Below, one piece after another: positions 21,131 to 30,169 of a stretch of DNA of 64,000 nucleotides. Location of the stretch: the NCBI GenBank assembly GCA_963758295.1, contig CAVWUU010000001.1:256001-320000 (forward strand), read 5' to 3'. The translations under genes and the position numbers were made by a program. How positions within the stretch are numbered: position 1 is the first letter of the stretch; each line of letters opens with the position of its first letter. The notes beneath the pieces are model-generated. The model saw only the letters and a program-made list of their open reading frames with translations, searched no databases and was not told the origin of the DNA. This DNA is from Candidatus Eremiobacteria bacterium. GTDB taxonomy: Bacteria; Vulcanimicrobiota; Vulcanimicrobiia; Vulcanimicrobiales; Vulcanimicrobiaceae.

Positions 21131-22344
21131 GAGGGCTTCTCGTCAATACGCACGGCCGTTTCCTCCTGGGCAGGCGCGAGCTTCGCGCCGCTTCCGCCAT
21201 TGCGCTTGACGATGTACATTTCGCGGTCCGCCGCTTGCAGCAGGGCGCGCGCGTTTTGGGCGGCGTTGGGATACGTTGCCACGCCGACGCTTGCGTTGAC
21301 GTAGATCCGCCGCTCGTCCACGATGAGGGGCTCGTCGAAGCTGCGCAGCAGCTTCCGCGCCGCATCGAGCGCGGCCGCCTCGGTATAAAGATCTTCAACC
21401 AGGACCACGAACTCGTCGCCGCCGATGCGGCCGACGGTGTCGGTTGCGCGGACGTTGCGGTTCAGGCGTTCGGCGACGCTTTCGAGGACTGCGTCGCCGA
21501 AAGCGTGGCCGTGCGCGTCGTTCAGGGCTTTGAAATCGTCGAGATCTAGGAACAGAACGGCGCACTTGCGTTCGATGCGCTGCGCTCGAACCAGCGCCTG
21601 TGAAAGCCGTTCCTGGATAGCCGCGCGGTTCGGTAACCCGGTAAGCGGGTCGTGCAAGGCCAGATCGGAAAGCTGCGCTTCCCGATCTTTCAGATCGCTG
21701 ATATCGATGATCGTGCCGATCCGCGCAAGGGCGATGCCGCGCTCATCGACGAGCGTACGAACGCGCTCGCGTACCGTTCGTACGCGGCTGTCTTCTCCGA
21801 GGATGCGATGATCGCAGACGTACTCATCGCCGCTTTGCGCCGCGAGCTCGTGGGCGATCCGCTCGCGCTCCTCGTCGTGATCGAAACTTCTAATATCGAA
21901 GGGCTGCGCGTGCTGATCGATGCCGAGCAGTGCCGCGAGGCCTTCCGATATCGCCACGGCGCCCGTGCGCAAATCTTCGTGCCATGTGCCCATTCCGGCA
22001 AATCGTTCGGCATGGCGGAGCGTTTCGGACTGGAGCGGAGAGTGTTGCTGGATTTCGACCGCCCGTCCCGCCACGCCGACCGTTAGCCCTCTCAAATCTT
22101 CGAGCGGCTGCAGCTCGAACCGGAACGTTCCGGAACCCACGGTTGCCTCGAAGGCGAGATGCTCGCCGTCCAAAGCCCAATGGTGTGCGACCGTTGCGAC
22201 ATTGAAAGGGTCGTCGTTTCCCCAGAGATCGCTCACGTGAAGAGCGGAGTCGATCCCGATTCCTGCAAGGCCGCGCAGCCGAGCCGTAAGCGACGTGACC
22301 TGCAGATTCCTATCGGTTGTCCAGACCATGGCCTGGTCGTGCAT
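21073..22344 (-). CDS. PAS-domain diguanylate cyclase (GGDEF)
   Basis: HDPLTGLPNR, DLDDFK..ND..GH..GD, RATD I-site, intact GGDEF. Confidence 0.92.
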   Translation of the reverse strand: MHDQAMVWTTDRNLQVTSLTARLRGLAGIGIDSALHVSDLWGNDDPFNVATVAHHWALDGEHLAFEATVGSGTFRFELQPLEDLRGLTVGVAGRAVEIQQHSPLQSETLRHAERFAGMGTWHEDLRTGAVAISEGLAALLGIDQHAQPFDIRSFDHDEERERIAHELAAQSGDEYVCDHRILGEDSRVRTVRERVRTLVDERGIALARIGTIIDISDLKDREAQLSDLALHDPLTGLPNRAAIQERLSQALVRAQRIERKCAVLFLDLDDFKALNDAHGHAFGDAVLESVAERLNRNVRATDTVGRIGGDEFVVLVEDLYTEAAALDAARKLLRSFDEPLIVDERRIYVNASVGVATYPNAAQNARALLQAADREMYIVKRNGGSGAKLAPAQEETAVRIDEKPSCPVRYSRDHRHFATRESA

Positions 22345-22391
22345 TCCGCAATCCTTTTTCGTAAGCGAATCTCTGGTGTGCTTATCCTAGC

Positions 22392-22553
22392 GAGACCGCA
22401 CCCCGTGGAGCATCCGTGGAAACCCCTGACCTTTGAACCATCACCGGCTTCGCGTACCCCTGGGGAGCTTGCTTGGAATGGGAAGCCGGGCAACCTCTTC
22501 TGGTGTGAAGTCTCGGGAACGCAGAAGGGGACGGTGCTCGCATCGTCCCCTTC
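22392..22553 (+). ncRNA. Candidate structured non-coding RNA with 3' hairpin
   Basis: Closing helix GAGAC-CGCACC/GGTGTG-AA-GTCTC, internal stems CCGTGGA/TCCGTGG and CCGGCTTC/GAAGCCGG, then a 14-bp hairpin. G-U pairs favour the plus strand. Confidence 0.45.
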
Positions 22554-22574
22554 GTTCAGTCGCGCGTTGTCTGC

Positions 22575-22886
22575 CTACTTACCAGAGGCATGTTCCTCCC
22601 ACCGCTGCTTCGCGCGCCTTCCGAACAGGCCAACGATGCGGCCGTTCAGGCGCTCCCGCGTCGCCGGAGACAATATTCTTGTGACGACGAGCAACATATA
22701 TAGTTGCACGAACGCATATGGCAAGTTAATTGCCGGTTCGCGTCGCGCGAGCACGAACCAGCTGAATACGAAAAGCACGATGCAGGCAGCGATGCTTATG
22801 AAGCGGCGATATCGCACCACTATGATGAGGCCGTTCGCGAGCACAAGCACCGCCGTCACATCGCGGACAAGTTCATGCAAAGACAT
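22575..22886 (-). CDS. Small membrane protein (about 3 TM), immunity-protein-like
   Basis: 103 aa from ATG 22886; hydrophobic helices and a basic tail; directly downstream of 22892-23338. Confidence 0.6.
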   Translation of the reverse strand: MSLHELVRDVTAVLVLANGLIIVVRYRRFISIAACIVLFVFSWFVLARREPAINLPYAFVQLYMLLVVTRILSPATRERLNGRIVGLFGRRAKQRWEEHASGK

Positions 22887-22891
22887 CCGGG

Positions 22892-23338
22892 CTAAGTGCC
22901 TTTCATGCACGTGACGTATAAGTAAACCATGTCAATGCCGGCGCCGATCCCTGCGGCCGCTAGCACGGCCGGCAAATCGATGGCCGACGCACATGCGATT
23001 AGCACGTCGGCGAATCCAGCGAGAGACACCGAGCCTGCGATGACGCCTCTCGCGGCAGCGATCAAGGCGGTACATGCTTGCTGCCCGCGTATGGACGCCG
23101 TTTGGAAAACCGCGTAGGCGTTTAATTTATAAAGCGCTTCGTCCAGGATAGAATCGGGCGTTATTCGCGGGGATGACACGAGCGATTGTGGTGCCGGGCC
23201 TCCGCAAGCCGCGAGCGCAAGTCCACTCAAGCCCCAGGCATTGTTCCGAAGAAACACGCGCCGGATCCCACAAAATCGTTCAAAGCAACGCATCCTCTCG
23301 TAGCAAAGCAGAACGACGATGAGCGCGCGCTTAATCAA
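22892..23338 (-). CDS. Small lipoprotein-like protein with Ala/Gly/Cys-rich hydrophobic C-terminus (start uncertain)
   Basis: Lipobox LAAC followed by ...ACTALIAAARGVIAG...IACASAIDLPAVLAAAGIGAGID...VTCMKGT. Confidence 0.55.
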   Translation of the reverse strand: MIKRALIVVLLCYERMRCFERFCGIRRVFLRNNAWGLSGLALAACGGPAPQSLVSSPRITPDSILDEALYKLNAYAVFQTASIRGQQACTALIAAARGVIAGSVSLAGFADVLIACASAIDLPAVLAAAGIGAGIDMVYLYVTCMKGT

Positions 23339-23543
23339 CCACGCATGTTACGCTTCGACGATCGCACCCACCGTCGAATGATCACCATACGAAGGTATGC
23401 TACAAGACGCCTTCTGTTGCTCGGCGATTAGGCTAAAAGTGAATGTGAGCCAATTTAAGATCTCAAAGGATACGCGGGTGCCTTCGGCGTGACGGCCGCC
23501 TACGCCTCACCGGATACACGCGAAAATTTTTCCGCGTACCCCC

Positions 23544-23604
23544 TTGACGCTGCGTACCACTGTGCTATTGTACTAGTGTACTAGTACGACATGAGACTGG
23601 TACG
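23544..23604 (+). promoter_or_regulatory. Sigma70-type promoter overlapped by a palindromic YtrA/GntR-type operator
   Basis: -35 TTGACG (23544-49), extended -10 TG-C-TATTGT (23563-71); dyad CGTACCA-N10-GTACTAG-TGTA-CTAGTAC-N10-TGGTACG (23553-23604). Confidence 0.75.
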
Positions 23605-23627
23605 GCAACGAAAGAAAGAAGAACGCC

Positions 23628-23738
23628 ATGACCCGCTTCATCAACCGCCCCGAAGAAAATGAAGTCCGCGAAGCCCGCGTCCGCATCCCCTACCAGATGA
23701 GCGCCCCAATTTTCCAGGGCTGGGGACCGAAGTTCTAA
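23628..23738 (+). CDS. Small peptide, 36 aa, FxGWGPK motif (MTRFINRPEENEVREARVRIPYQMSAPIFQGWGPKF)
   Basis: ATG after purine-rich GAAAGAAAGAAG, GC3-rich codons, TAA 7 nt before the GntR start; first ORF after the promoter. Confidence 0.72.
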   Translation: MTRFINRPEENEVREARVRIPYQMSAPIFQGWGPKF

Positions 23739-23745
23739 GCCGCCA

Positions 23746-24144
23746 ATGCCCGTAGTACTGACGGTCGACCCCCGCAGCGGGGTGCCGATTTACCTCCAAG
23801 TGATCGATCAGATCAAACGCTCGGTGGCAATAGGCATCCTCATGGCGGGCGAGCAGCTCCCAACCGTCAAGCAGCTCGCGCTCGATCTAACGATCAACCC
23901 GAACACCGTCGCGAAAGCCTACCGAGAGCTGGAGCGCGATGGGGTTATAGAGACGGCAGCCGGCCGCGGTTCGTTCGTCCGCAGCAACGGCCACGTCGAT
24001 ACGACGAAGGCCGCCGCGAAAGACGTAGCTCGCGATTCGCTGGAAACCGCCGTGCGCGAAGCAAAGTCCATCGGCCTCAACGCCGACGAGATTCGATCCT
24101 TGATGAATGCTGCAATCGACCGGTGGTTCCAGGAGGGGCAATGA
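23746..24144 (+). CDS. GntR family regulator, YtrA subfamily
   Basis: PIYLQ...GEQLPTVKQLA.DL.INPNTVAKAYRELERDG.I....GRGSFV; short C-terminus; upstream of an ABC ATPase. Confidence 0.93.
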   Translation: MPVVLTVDPRSGVPIYLQVIDQIKRSVAIGILMAGEQLPTVKQLALDLTINPNTVAKAYRELERDGVIETAAGRGSFVRSNGHVDTTKAAAKDVARDSLETAVREAKSIGLNADEIRSLMNAAIDRWFQEGQ

Positions 24145-25051
24145 GCACGATCACGATTCAAAATTTGCGAAAAACCTATGGCAAGTACGTTGCCGTGGAC
24201 GATTTTTCGGTCACGATCCCGGAAGGCACCGTGTTCGGATTGCTTGGTCCCAACGGCGCCGGTAAAACGACTACCTTCAAGTGCATGCTCGGACTCGCTA
24301 ACCCCGACTCCGGCTCGGTACGCTACGACGGCAAGACGCTCGTTCCCGAAACGTTCGAGCGCATCGCGTACGTGCCGGAAAAAAGCGTGCTCTACGAATG
24401 GATGACGGTAGCCGAACACGTCGAGATGCAGCGGCGTTCGTACCGCAGCTTCTCCGTGAAGCAAGCACAAGATTTACTTGCGCAGTTCGGAATCGATCTG
24501 CGCAAGAAGACGCGCGCGCTCTCTAAAGGAATGCGCACCGCGACCCAAGTGGCGCTTGCAGTTTCGCGCCAAGCCGACATTTTGATCCTCGACGAGCCGA
24601 CGAGCGGGCTGGATCCGATCAACCAGCGCCACGTTTTGAACCTGATCATCAACGAAGCATCGCGCGGCGCAACGGTCATCTTCTCGTCGCATCAAATCGG
24701 CCAAGTCGAACGCGCTGCCGAAAACATCGCGGTTATCGATCGCGGACGCCTGGCGCTCGAGGGAACCATCGACGATCTCAAAGCGGATCGCAAGATCGTC
24801 AAGGGCATCTTCCCAAGCGAGACCTACGCACTGGACGGTATTTCGGCCGACACCCGAGTCGCGCGCGTGGATCGTAGCGGCCGGATCGTGCGCCTCTTGG
24901 TGAACGAAGGCGCCCGGATCTCGCTGCAAAGATCGAATCCCTCGGCGCCGGCGGCGTGCGCATTGTGGATTTGAATCTCGAAGACATTTTCTTATATGCA
25001 GTCGCTCCTTCGGAGCAGACGGCCGACGTCGTTGAGGAATCGCCTAAATGA
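24141..25051 (+). CDS. ABC exporter ATP-binding protein (frameshift near 24913-24915)
   Basis: GPNGAGKTT, LSKGM, ILDEPTSGLD, SSH. The alternative frame continues DLAAKIESLG...LNLEDIFL...PK* to TGA overlapping the next ATG. Confidence 0.88.
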
Positions 25052-26070
25052 CCTATGTTGAATGGCTACGCGTACGCAACGTGCTGCGCGTGCTGGCCAT
25101 CGTCCTCGGTATCTTGATCGCGATCTCGCTCGTGTTGCGAATTTCGTTCAACCGGTACATCACCGATGACAACGCGTTCATCCAACACGTGACGATGGCG
25201 AAGGGTGCCAGAGTCGCGCATGAAGTGCTCCCGGGCGGGATCAATCGTACGCACATCGACGATCCGGGCGACAATACGCACATCATCGTGGACGATCTCG
25301 GCTATGGCGGCCGGCACATCGTAATTACCGAGCCGCGAAAGAACTCCACGCATCACGGCGATCACGTAACGATCGGCAGTGTGGAAGTCAAAGAAACCGA
25401 AAACGCCGACACGACTACGACGGTCATCGACACCAACAGTTCCGTGCCGTTCCTCTACTATATGATGATTGCCGATATCATGGCCTTCGTAATCGCAACC
25501 GTCTTAGGCGCACCCTTCGCCCGTGAAAACGACGGCCACCTGGAGTATGCGCTCACCAAACCGGTTTCACGCATAGGGTTTGCGTTCCAGACGATGGGCG
25601 TGGACATCGTAGGCATCGTCGCCGCATCCCTTATGACCATCGTCGCCCTCGTCATCTGCCAATCGATGTTCGAAGTTCCGCACTTTGACTTCAGCGGCGT
25701 GAATCTGCAGGCAATTCTAATCGGTATCGCGGCACCGCTTGCATGGTACGCCATGCTCAACGCCGCGAGCGCATCCTTGCGGCGGGGCTATGGTGCCGTG
25801 CTCGGATTCGCGTGGCCGGTGGCCATTCTAATAACGGTGTTTGGCACGATCTCTTGGGGCGACTCGCTGGTAGGAGGCGCCGTGCATAACATCTTCTGGA
25901 CGATCTCGCGTATCGATCCCCTTACGTACATTTCGACGCCATCGCAGCGCGAAGCAATGCATGGGACGCTCGTAGCGCCGTACTTCGGTATCCGTATCAC
26001 TCTCGAATGTTTGCTCTTCCTCGTTTATATGACGCTCGCGCTCTTTCAATGGCGCCGCGTGGAGGCGTAA
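25048..26070 (+). CDS. ABC-2-type permease with extracytoplasmic beta-rich insertion
   Basis: About 6 TM helices; ARENDGHLEYALTKPVSR permease loop motif; coupled to the ATPase. Confidence 0.8.
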   Translation: MTYVEWLRVRNVLRVLAIVLGILIAISLVLRISFNRYITDDNAFIQHVTMAKGARVAHEVLPGGINRTHIDDPGDNTHIIVDDLGYGGRHIVITEPRKNSTHHGDHVTIGSVEVKETENADTTTTVIDTNSSVPFLYYMMIADIMAFVIATVLGAPFARENDGHLEYALTKPVSRIGFAFQTMGVDIVGIVAASLMTIVALVICQSMFEVPHFDFSGVNLQAILIGIAAPLAWYAMLNAASASLRRGYGAVLGFAWPVAILITVFGTISWGDSLVGGAVHNIFWTISRIDPLTYISTPSQREAMHGTLVAPYFGIRITLECLLFLVYMTLALFQWRRVEA

Positions 26071-26075
26071 CGCAA

Positions 26076-26237
26076 ATGGAAATCCTCGGTACGAATTTTG
26101 CAATCACCCTAGGCTCGTGGCGCGTGCGCTTCTGCTTCGCGGTAGAAGACGTGGATGCACCGGCGCCGGCAAAGGTCAAGCCTCCGCATCGCGTGCGGAT
26201 CGTTCCCGAAGACGACTATGCCGGGCGCAACTTCTAG
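26076..26237 (+). CDS. Small protein, 53 aa, at the operon end (MEILGTNFAITLGSWRVRFCFAVEDVD...)
   Basis: ATG 5 nt after the permease stop, GGAGG SD upstream, GC3-rich codons. Confidence 0.6.
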   Translation: MEILGTNFAITLGSWRVRFCFAVEDVDAPAPAKVKPPHRVRIVPEDDYAGRNF

Positions 26238-26248
26238 CGCGGAATCGG

Positions 26249-27401
26249 TTAGACGACGAAGCCCGTCGCGATGGCGGGCTTCTCGAACCGGAAGCCGTCA
26301 GCTCTGACGGAGTAAAAGTAGACGTTCGGGATCGTCGCGTCGCCGGCGAAATTGAACGAGTACTGGCCGACGATCGTGTTGTAGGTTGCGGGGCGCTGAA
26401 GGTTGGAAAGCAGCGCCTGGCGGTTCACGGAGTTGAAGCGTTGAACGATCGACAATCACGATCTGTGCCGCCGCGTAACCGTACGCGGAGAACGCGGAGA
26501 TCGATCCCGCGAAGTGCTGGAAGTCGTTGAAGATCTGAAAGATCGACGGGACTTTGTCCAGCGGCGGGAACGACGACGCGACGAACGCGCCGTCTAGGGC
26601 TTTCGCGAACTTGTCGATTGTCGTTTGCGTGTAAAACCCGTCGCTCGCACCGAAGTCGCCTTTATAGCCGGCCGCGCGTAACGTCTCGGCGAACGGACCC
26701 AGGCGATCGGCTTTTCCGCATAAGAAAACGTAGGACGGCGCGCGTTTTAGGAGATCTTCCGAAACGCTCCCGGGATCGAAGCCGTTCGGTAAGGTCATTT
26801 GCGAAGCGTCGTGCTTATCGGACTTCGCTTGATCCACGTATGCGCGGGCCGTTTCCGACCCGTAATCTCCCTCGACGGTAACGGCGATTGTTGAAATCGT
26901 CTTGTGCCGCGGAAGCACGGTGCGCGCGAAAAGCATGCCTTCGGACGAGTCCTTCGTCGGCAGACGGAAGATGTTTCGAAATCCGCGCGATGTAATTGAA
27001 TCAGCAGTTACCGATGGGACAATCAGGGCGAAGTTTGCATTCGCATACTGCGGCAGCGCCTGCAACGTTACGTCGGCCGTAAGATTGCCGATCATCGCGA
27101 TGATGCTCGGATCTGCAGCCGCAATTGAAACGTTTGCGGTGGCGATCGCGCCGGAGTTTTGATCGTCGAAAGTACGAATGCCGAACGCGAGCTGCAGCCC
27201 GGAAGTGAAACGGTTCGTCTCGTCGATTGCCGCTTCGACGCCTTTTGCCACTTCGCGTCCGTAGTTCGCGAGCGGTCCCGACATGGGCACGCTTACGCCG
27301 ATCGTGACCTGCCGAAGCTGCGTGGAGGGATAGAACTGCGCTCGCGCGATAGCGGGCGTCAGTGCCGCCGCAGATCCCGCGAGAAACGAACGACGCCGCA
27401 T
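26249..27401 (-). CDS. Branched-chain amino acid-type (LivJ/LivK-like) substrate-binding protein with Tat signal (frameshift near 26453)
   Basis: MRRRSFLAG Tat motif, IGVSVPMSGPLA.YG, FRL...D, AYGYAAAQ; C-terminus (TIVGQYSFNFAGD) in ORF 26249-26455. Confidence 0.82.
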
Positions 27402-28258
27402 CAGCGGACCAGAAAGCCGGCGATGGTTGCGGCTAAGAAGACGAGCGAAAACGTCATATTGCCGGTGAATATACGTTCGTTGAGGACGAAAAGGTTCTCC
27501 GAGAGCCCGAAGAGCCGGTCTTCGTAGACCGTCAGCGCGAGCGCGGCGGCGACCCCGGCATAATACGGCCACCCGGCTTGCGCTAAGATGCCTGCGGCCG
27601 CAAGAAAGAGGACCATCACGACATGCAGCACGATGGGAAGCCAGCGCCCCGAGCGTTCCCCGAAACGCGCGGGCAGCGAATTGATGCCTTCGGCTCTATC
27701 GACGGCTACGTCCATCAAAGCATAAATGACGTCGAATCCGGCAACCCAAACGGTCACGGCGCCGAAGAGCAAGAACGCGCTCGCGTTGACGGTGCCGGTT
27801 ATGCCGATGTATGCGCCGAGCGGCGCAAGGCCGTCGACAGCGCCCAGAACGAAATGGACGAGCCAGGTGAAGCGCTTGCAAAGCGGATAGATCAATACGC
27901 CGAGCGCTGCGACCGGCATAAGCTTTACGCAAAGCGGATTGAGCATCCACGCCGAGAGCAGCAGAAGCGCAAATCCCAGCGCGATCGCCCAAAGCATGAC
28001 GCCGGGCGAGAGCGCCCCGCTTGCGACCGCGCGACGTGCCGTGCGCGGATTCTTGGCGTCTATGTCGCGATCGAAGTACCGGTTCGCCGCCATCGCGGCC
28101 GTGCGTGCGCCAAAAACGGCGAGCGTGATCCAAACCACCGCCCAAAGCGACGGAATGCCGTGGGCTGCGAAAGCGGCACCAACGTAGGCGAAGGGCATTG
28201 CAAAGAGCGTGTGCTCGATGCGAATCTCTTTCAGAAAAACTTTGACGGTATCGGTCAT
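27401..28258 (-). CDS. mqnP: UbiA-family prenyltransferase, futalosine-pathway MqnP type
   Basis: IRIEHTLFAMPFAY, NRYFDRDIDAKNPRT, YPLCKRFT, WVAGFDVIYALMD...D. Confidence 0.8.
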   Translation of the reverse strand: MTDTVKVFLKEIRIEHTLFAMPFAYVGAAFAAHGIPSLWAVVWITLAVFGARTAAMAANRYFDRDIDAKNPRTARRAVASGALSPGVMLWAIALGFALLLLSAWMLNPLCVKLMPVAALGVLIYPLCKRFTWLVHFVLGAVDGLAPLGAYIGITGTVNASAFLLFGAVTVWVAGFDVIYALMDVAVDRAEGINSLPARFGERSGRWLPIVLHVVMVLFLAAAGILAQAGWPYYAGVAAALALTVYEDRLFGLSENLFVLNERIFTGNMTFSLVFLAATIAGFLVR

Positions 28259-29790
28259 TCTTTACTCGGGCCGCTTCGTGAACGCATGAGACGATCGTAA
28301 GCGGCGGGGCCTTGTCCCGACCACGCGTCTGCGCTAAGCGATTTAGCGATCTTGTCTAAACCGTATTCGCGCCAGCGCTCGCTTACGAGCGCGCGCGTTT
28401 TGCCGTTCATTTCGATGTCGGGCGGCCATTCGCGTTGATAGCCTTCTGCGGCACTCTTGCGGGTTGCGTCGATGCCGATCTTCGTTCCATAAGCCATGTT
28501 GTAAGAACCGTGATCGAGATCGTCGACCGGACCCGGCATCGTCACGACGTCGCGGTCGGGAGCAAGATTGTTCAGCACAAACCACGCGACGCTGCGGACG
28601 TCTTGAACGTCCACGTCCTCGTCGACGACCACGAGGACGCGCGTCAACATCATCATGTGGCCCAAGCCCCATAGCGCGTTCATCACTTTTTTTGCGTGAC
28701 CGGGGTATTGCTTTTTGATCGAGACGATGGCGAGATTGTGGAAGCCGCCTTCCACGGGAAGATTCATGTCGATGACTTCCGGAAGCACCATCTGCAGCAG
28801 CGGCAAGAAAAGCCGTTCGGTCGCCTTGCCGATCCAAGCGTCTTCCATCGGCGGCTTTCCGACCACCGTCGCTGCGTAAATCGGATCGCGCCGGTGTGTG
28901 ATGCACGTGACGTGAAACGTTGGATAGAGGTCGGCAAGACTGTAGACGCCGGTGTGGTCGCCGAACGGTCCTTCGGTACGCAGGTCTTTGTTGTCGACGT
29001 AGCCCTCGAGCACGAACTCCGCGCTCGCCGGGACGCGCAAATCGACGGTTTTAGCCTGGACCAATTCGACCGGCTTTCCGCGCAGCAATCCCGCGAACGC
29101 GAATTCGTCGAACACCGGCGGGAGCGGGGCCGTTGCGGCGTACGTAATCGCCGGATCGCTTCCGATCGCGACTGCAACGGGAATCTTGTCGCCCCACGCG
29201 TCGGCGTGCGCGCGTCCTTGTTTGTGCCGTTGCCAATGCATGCCGGTTTCTCGCGCATTGTACACCTGCATCCGGTACATGCCGACGTTTGGACGGTTCG
29301 TTCTTGGATCTTTGGTAATCACAAGCGGCAGCGTAATGAACGGGCCGCCGTCCATTGGCCACGTCGTCAACACCGGCAACTTCGTCAAGTCCGGATTTCG
29401 GATTACCACTTCTTGACACCGGGCATCCCGCACGATCTTCGGAACCGCATTTAAGAGCGGCGCGAATTGCTTGAGCGCGCCCAGTTTTTCACCGAGCGAC
29501 GGGCCGGGCGGCGTAATTTCCAGCATGCGGCGCAGACGCGCAGCAACTTCGTCAAGCGAGCGCGCATCGAACGCCATGGCCATGCGGCGCTGCGAGCCGA
29601 ACTGATTCGTGAGAACGGCAAAACGGCTGCCCTTTACCTTCGTGAAAAGCAGTGCCGGACCGCCGGCTTTTACCACTCGGTCGGTAATTTCAGCGATCTC
29701 GAGATACGGATCGACGGCGGCACCGATAACGTGCAGCTCGCCGGCTTTGCGCAACGCTTCAACATACGAGCGCAACGAATCAAACGGCAT
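28255..29790 (-). CDS. mqnL: UbiD-family menaquinone biosynthesis decarboxylase
   Basis: NVGMYRMQ, EGPFGDHTG.Y, VGKPPMED, KQYPGHAKK; adjacent to the mqnP-type gene. Confidence 0.82.
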   Translation of the reverse strand: MPFDSLRSYVEALRKAGELHVIGAAVDPYLEIAEITDRVVKAGGPALLFTKVKGSRFAVLTNQFGSQRRMAMAFDARSLDEVAARLRRMLEITPPGPSLGEKLGALKQFAPLLNAVPKIVRDARCQEVVIRNPDLTKLPVLTTWPMDGGPFITLPLVITKDPRTNRPNVGMYRMQVYNARETGMHWQRHKQGRAHADAWGDKIPVAVAIGSDPAITYAATAPLPPVFDEFAFAGLLRGKPVELVQAKTVDLRVPASAEFVLEGYVDNKDLRTEGPFGDHTGVYSLADLYPTFHVTCITHRRDPIYAATVVGKPPMEDAWIGKATERLFLPLLQMVLPEVIDMNLPVEGGFHNLAIVSIKKQYPGHAKKVMNALWGLGHMMMLTRVLVVVDEDVDVQDVRSVAWFVLNNLAPDRDVVTMPGPVDDLDHGSYNMAYGTKIGIDATRKSAAEGYQREWPPDIEMNGKTRALVSERWREYGLDKIAKSLSADAWSGQGPAAYDRLMRSRSGPSKE

Positions 29791-29887
29791 TGGACTCTAC
29801 TTAGGGCCGTCCCCGCCTTTGTCATCCCTCGAGCCGCATCTACAAAAGTCGGTCGGAAAGCGCCGCCGTGCCGGAGAAGGATGCGGC

Positions 29888-30169
29888 ATGCAATTCTTAG
29901 CCGTCTGCCGCCGCCGCACCGAAGCGTTCTCCGAAGAGCAGTTTGCGAAGCTTCTTGACGCCGAAGCCGCGCGCGTCCGCGAACTCTATGCCGAGGGCTT
30001 CATCCGCTCGGCCTGGAGCCGGGGTGACGTTCTCGGGGCATGCCTGGTGCTGGAATCCGCGGCCATTGACGAAGCAGATGCAAAAATGCGCACGTTGCCG
30101 CTGTACGCGGCGGATATGCTCGACGTTGAGCTCATCCCGCTGCGCGGCTACCGAGGATTCTGTCCGTAA
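29888..30169 (+). CDS. Muconolactone delta-isomerase-like (dimeric alpha-beta barrel) protein
   Basis: EAARVRELYAEGFIRSAW...LPLY...DVELIPL pattern; 93 aa. Confidence 0.7.
   Translation: MQFLAVCRRRTEAFSEEQFAKLLDAEAARVRELYAEGFIRSAWSRGDVLGACLVLESAAIDEADAKMRTLPLYAADMLDVELIPLRGYRGFCP

Noticed and set aside
22392..22520. Assignment as 6S RNA, or as a TPP or SAM riboswitch
   Set aside because: Only partial motifs (CCTTTGAACC, GCCGGGCAACC) are present. The complementary 6S arm, the TPP CTGAGA motif and the SAM-I core are missing, so it is kept only as an unclassified candidate.
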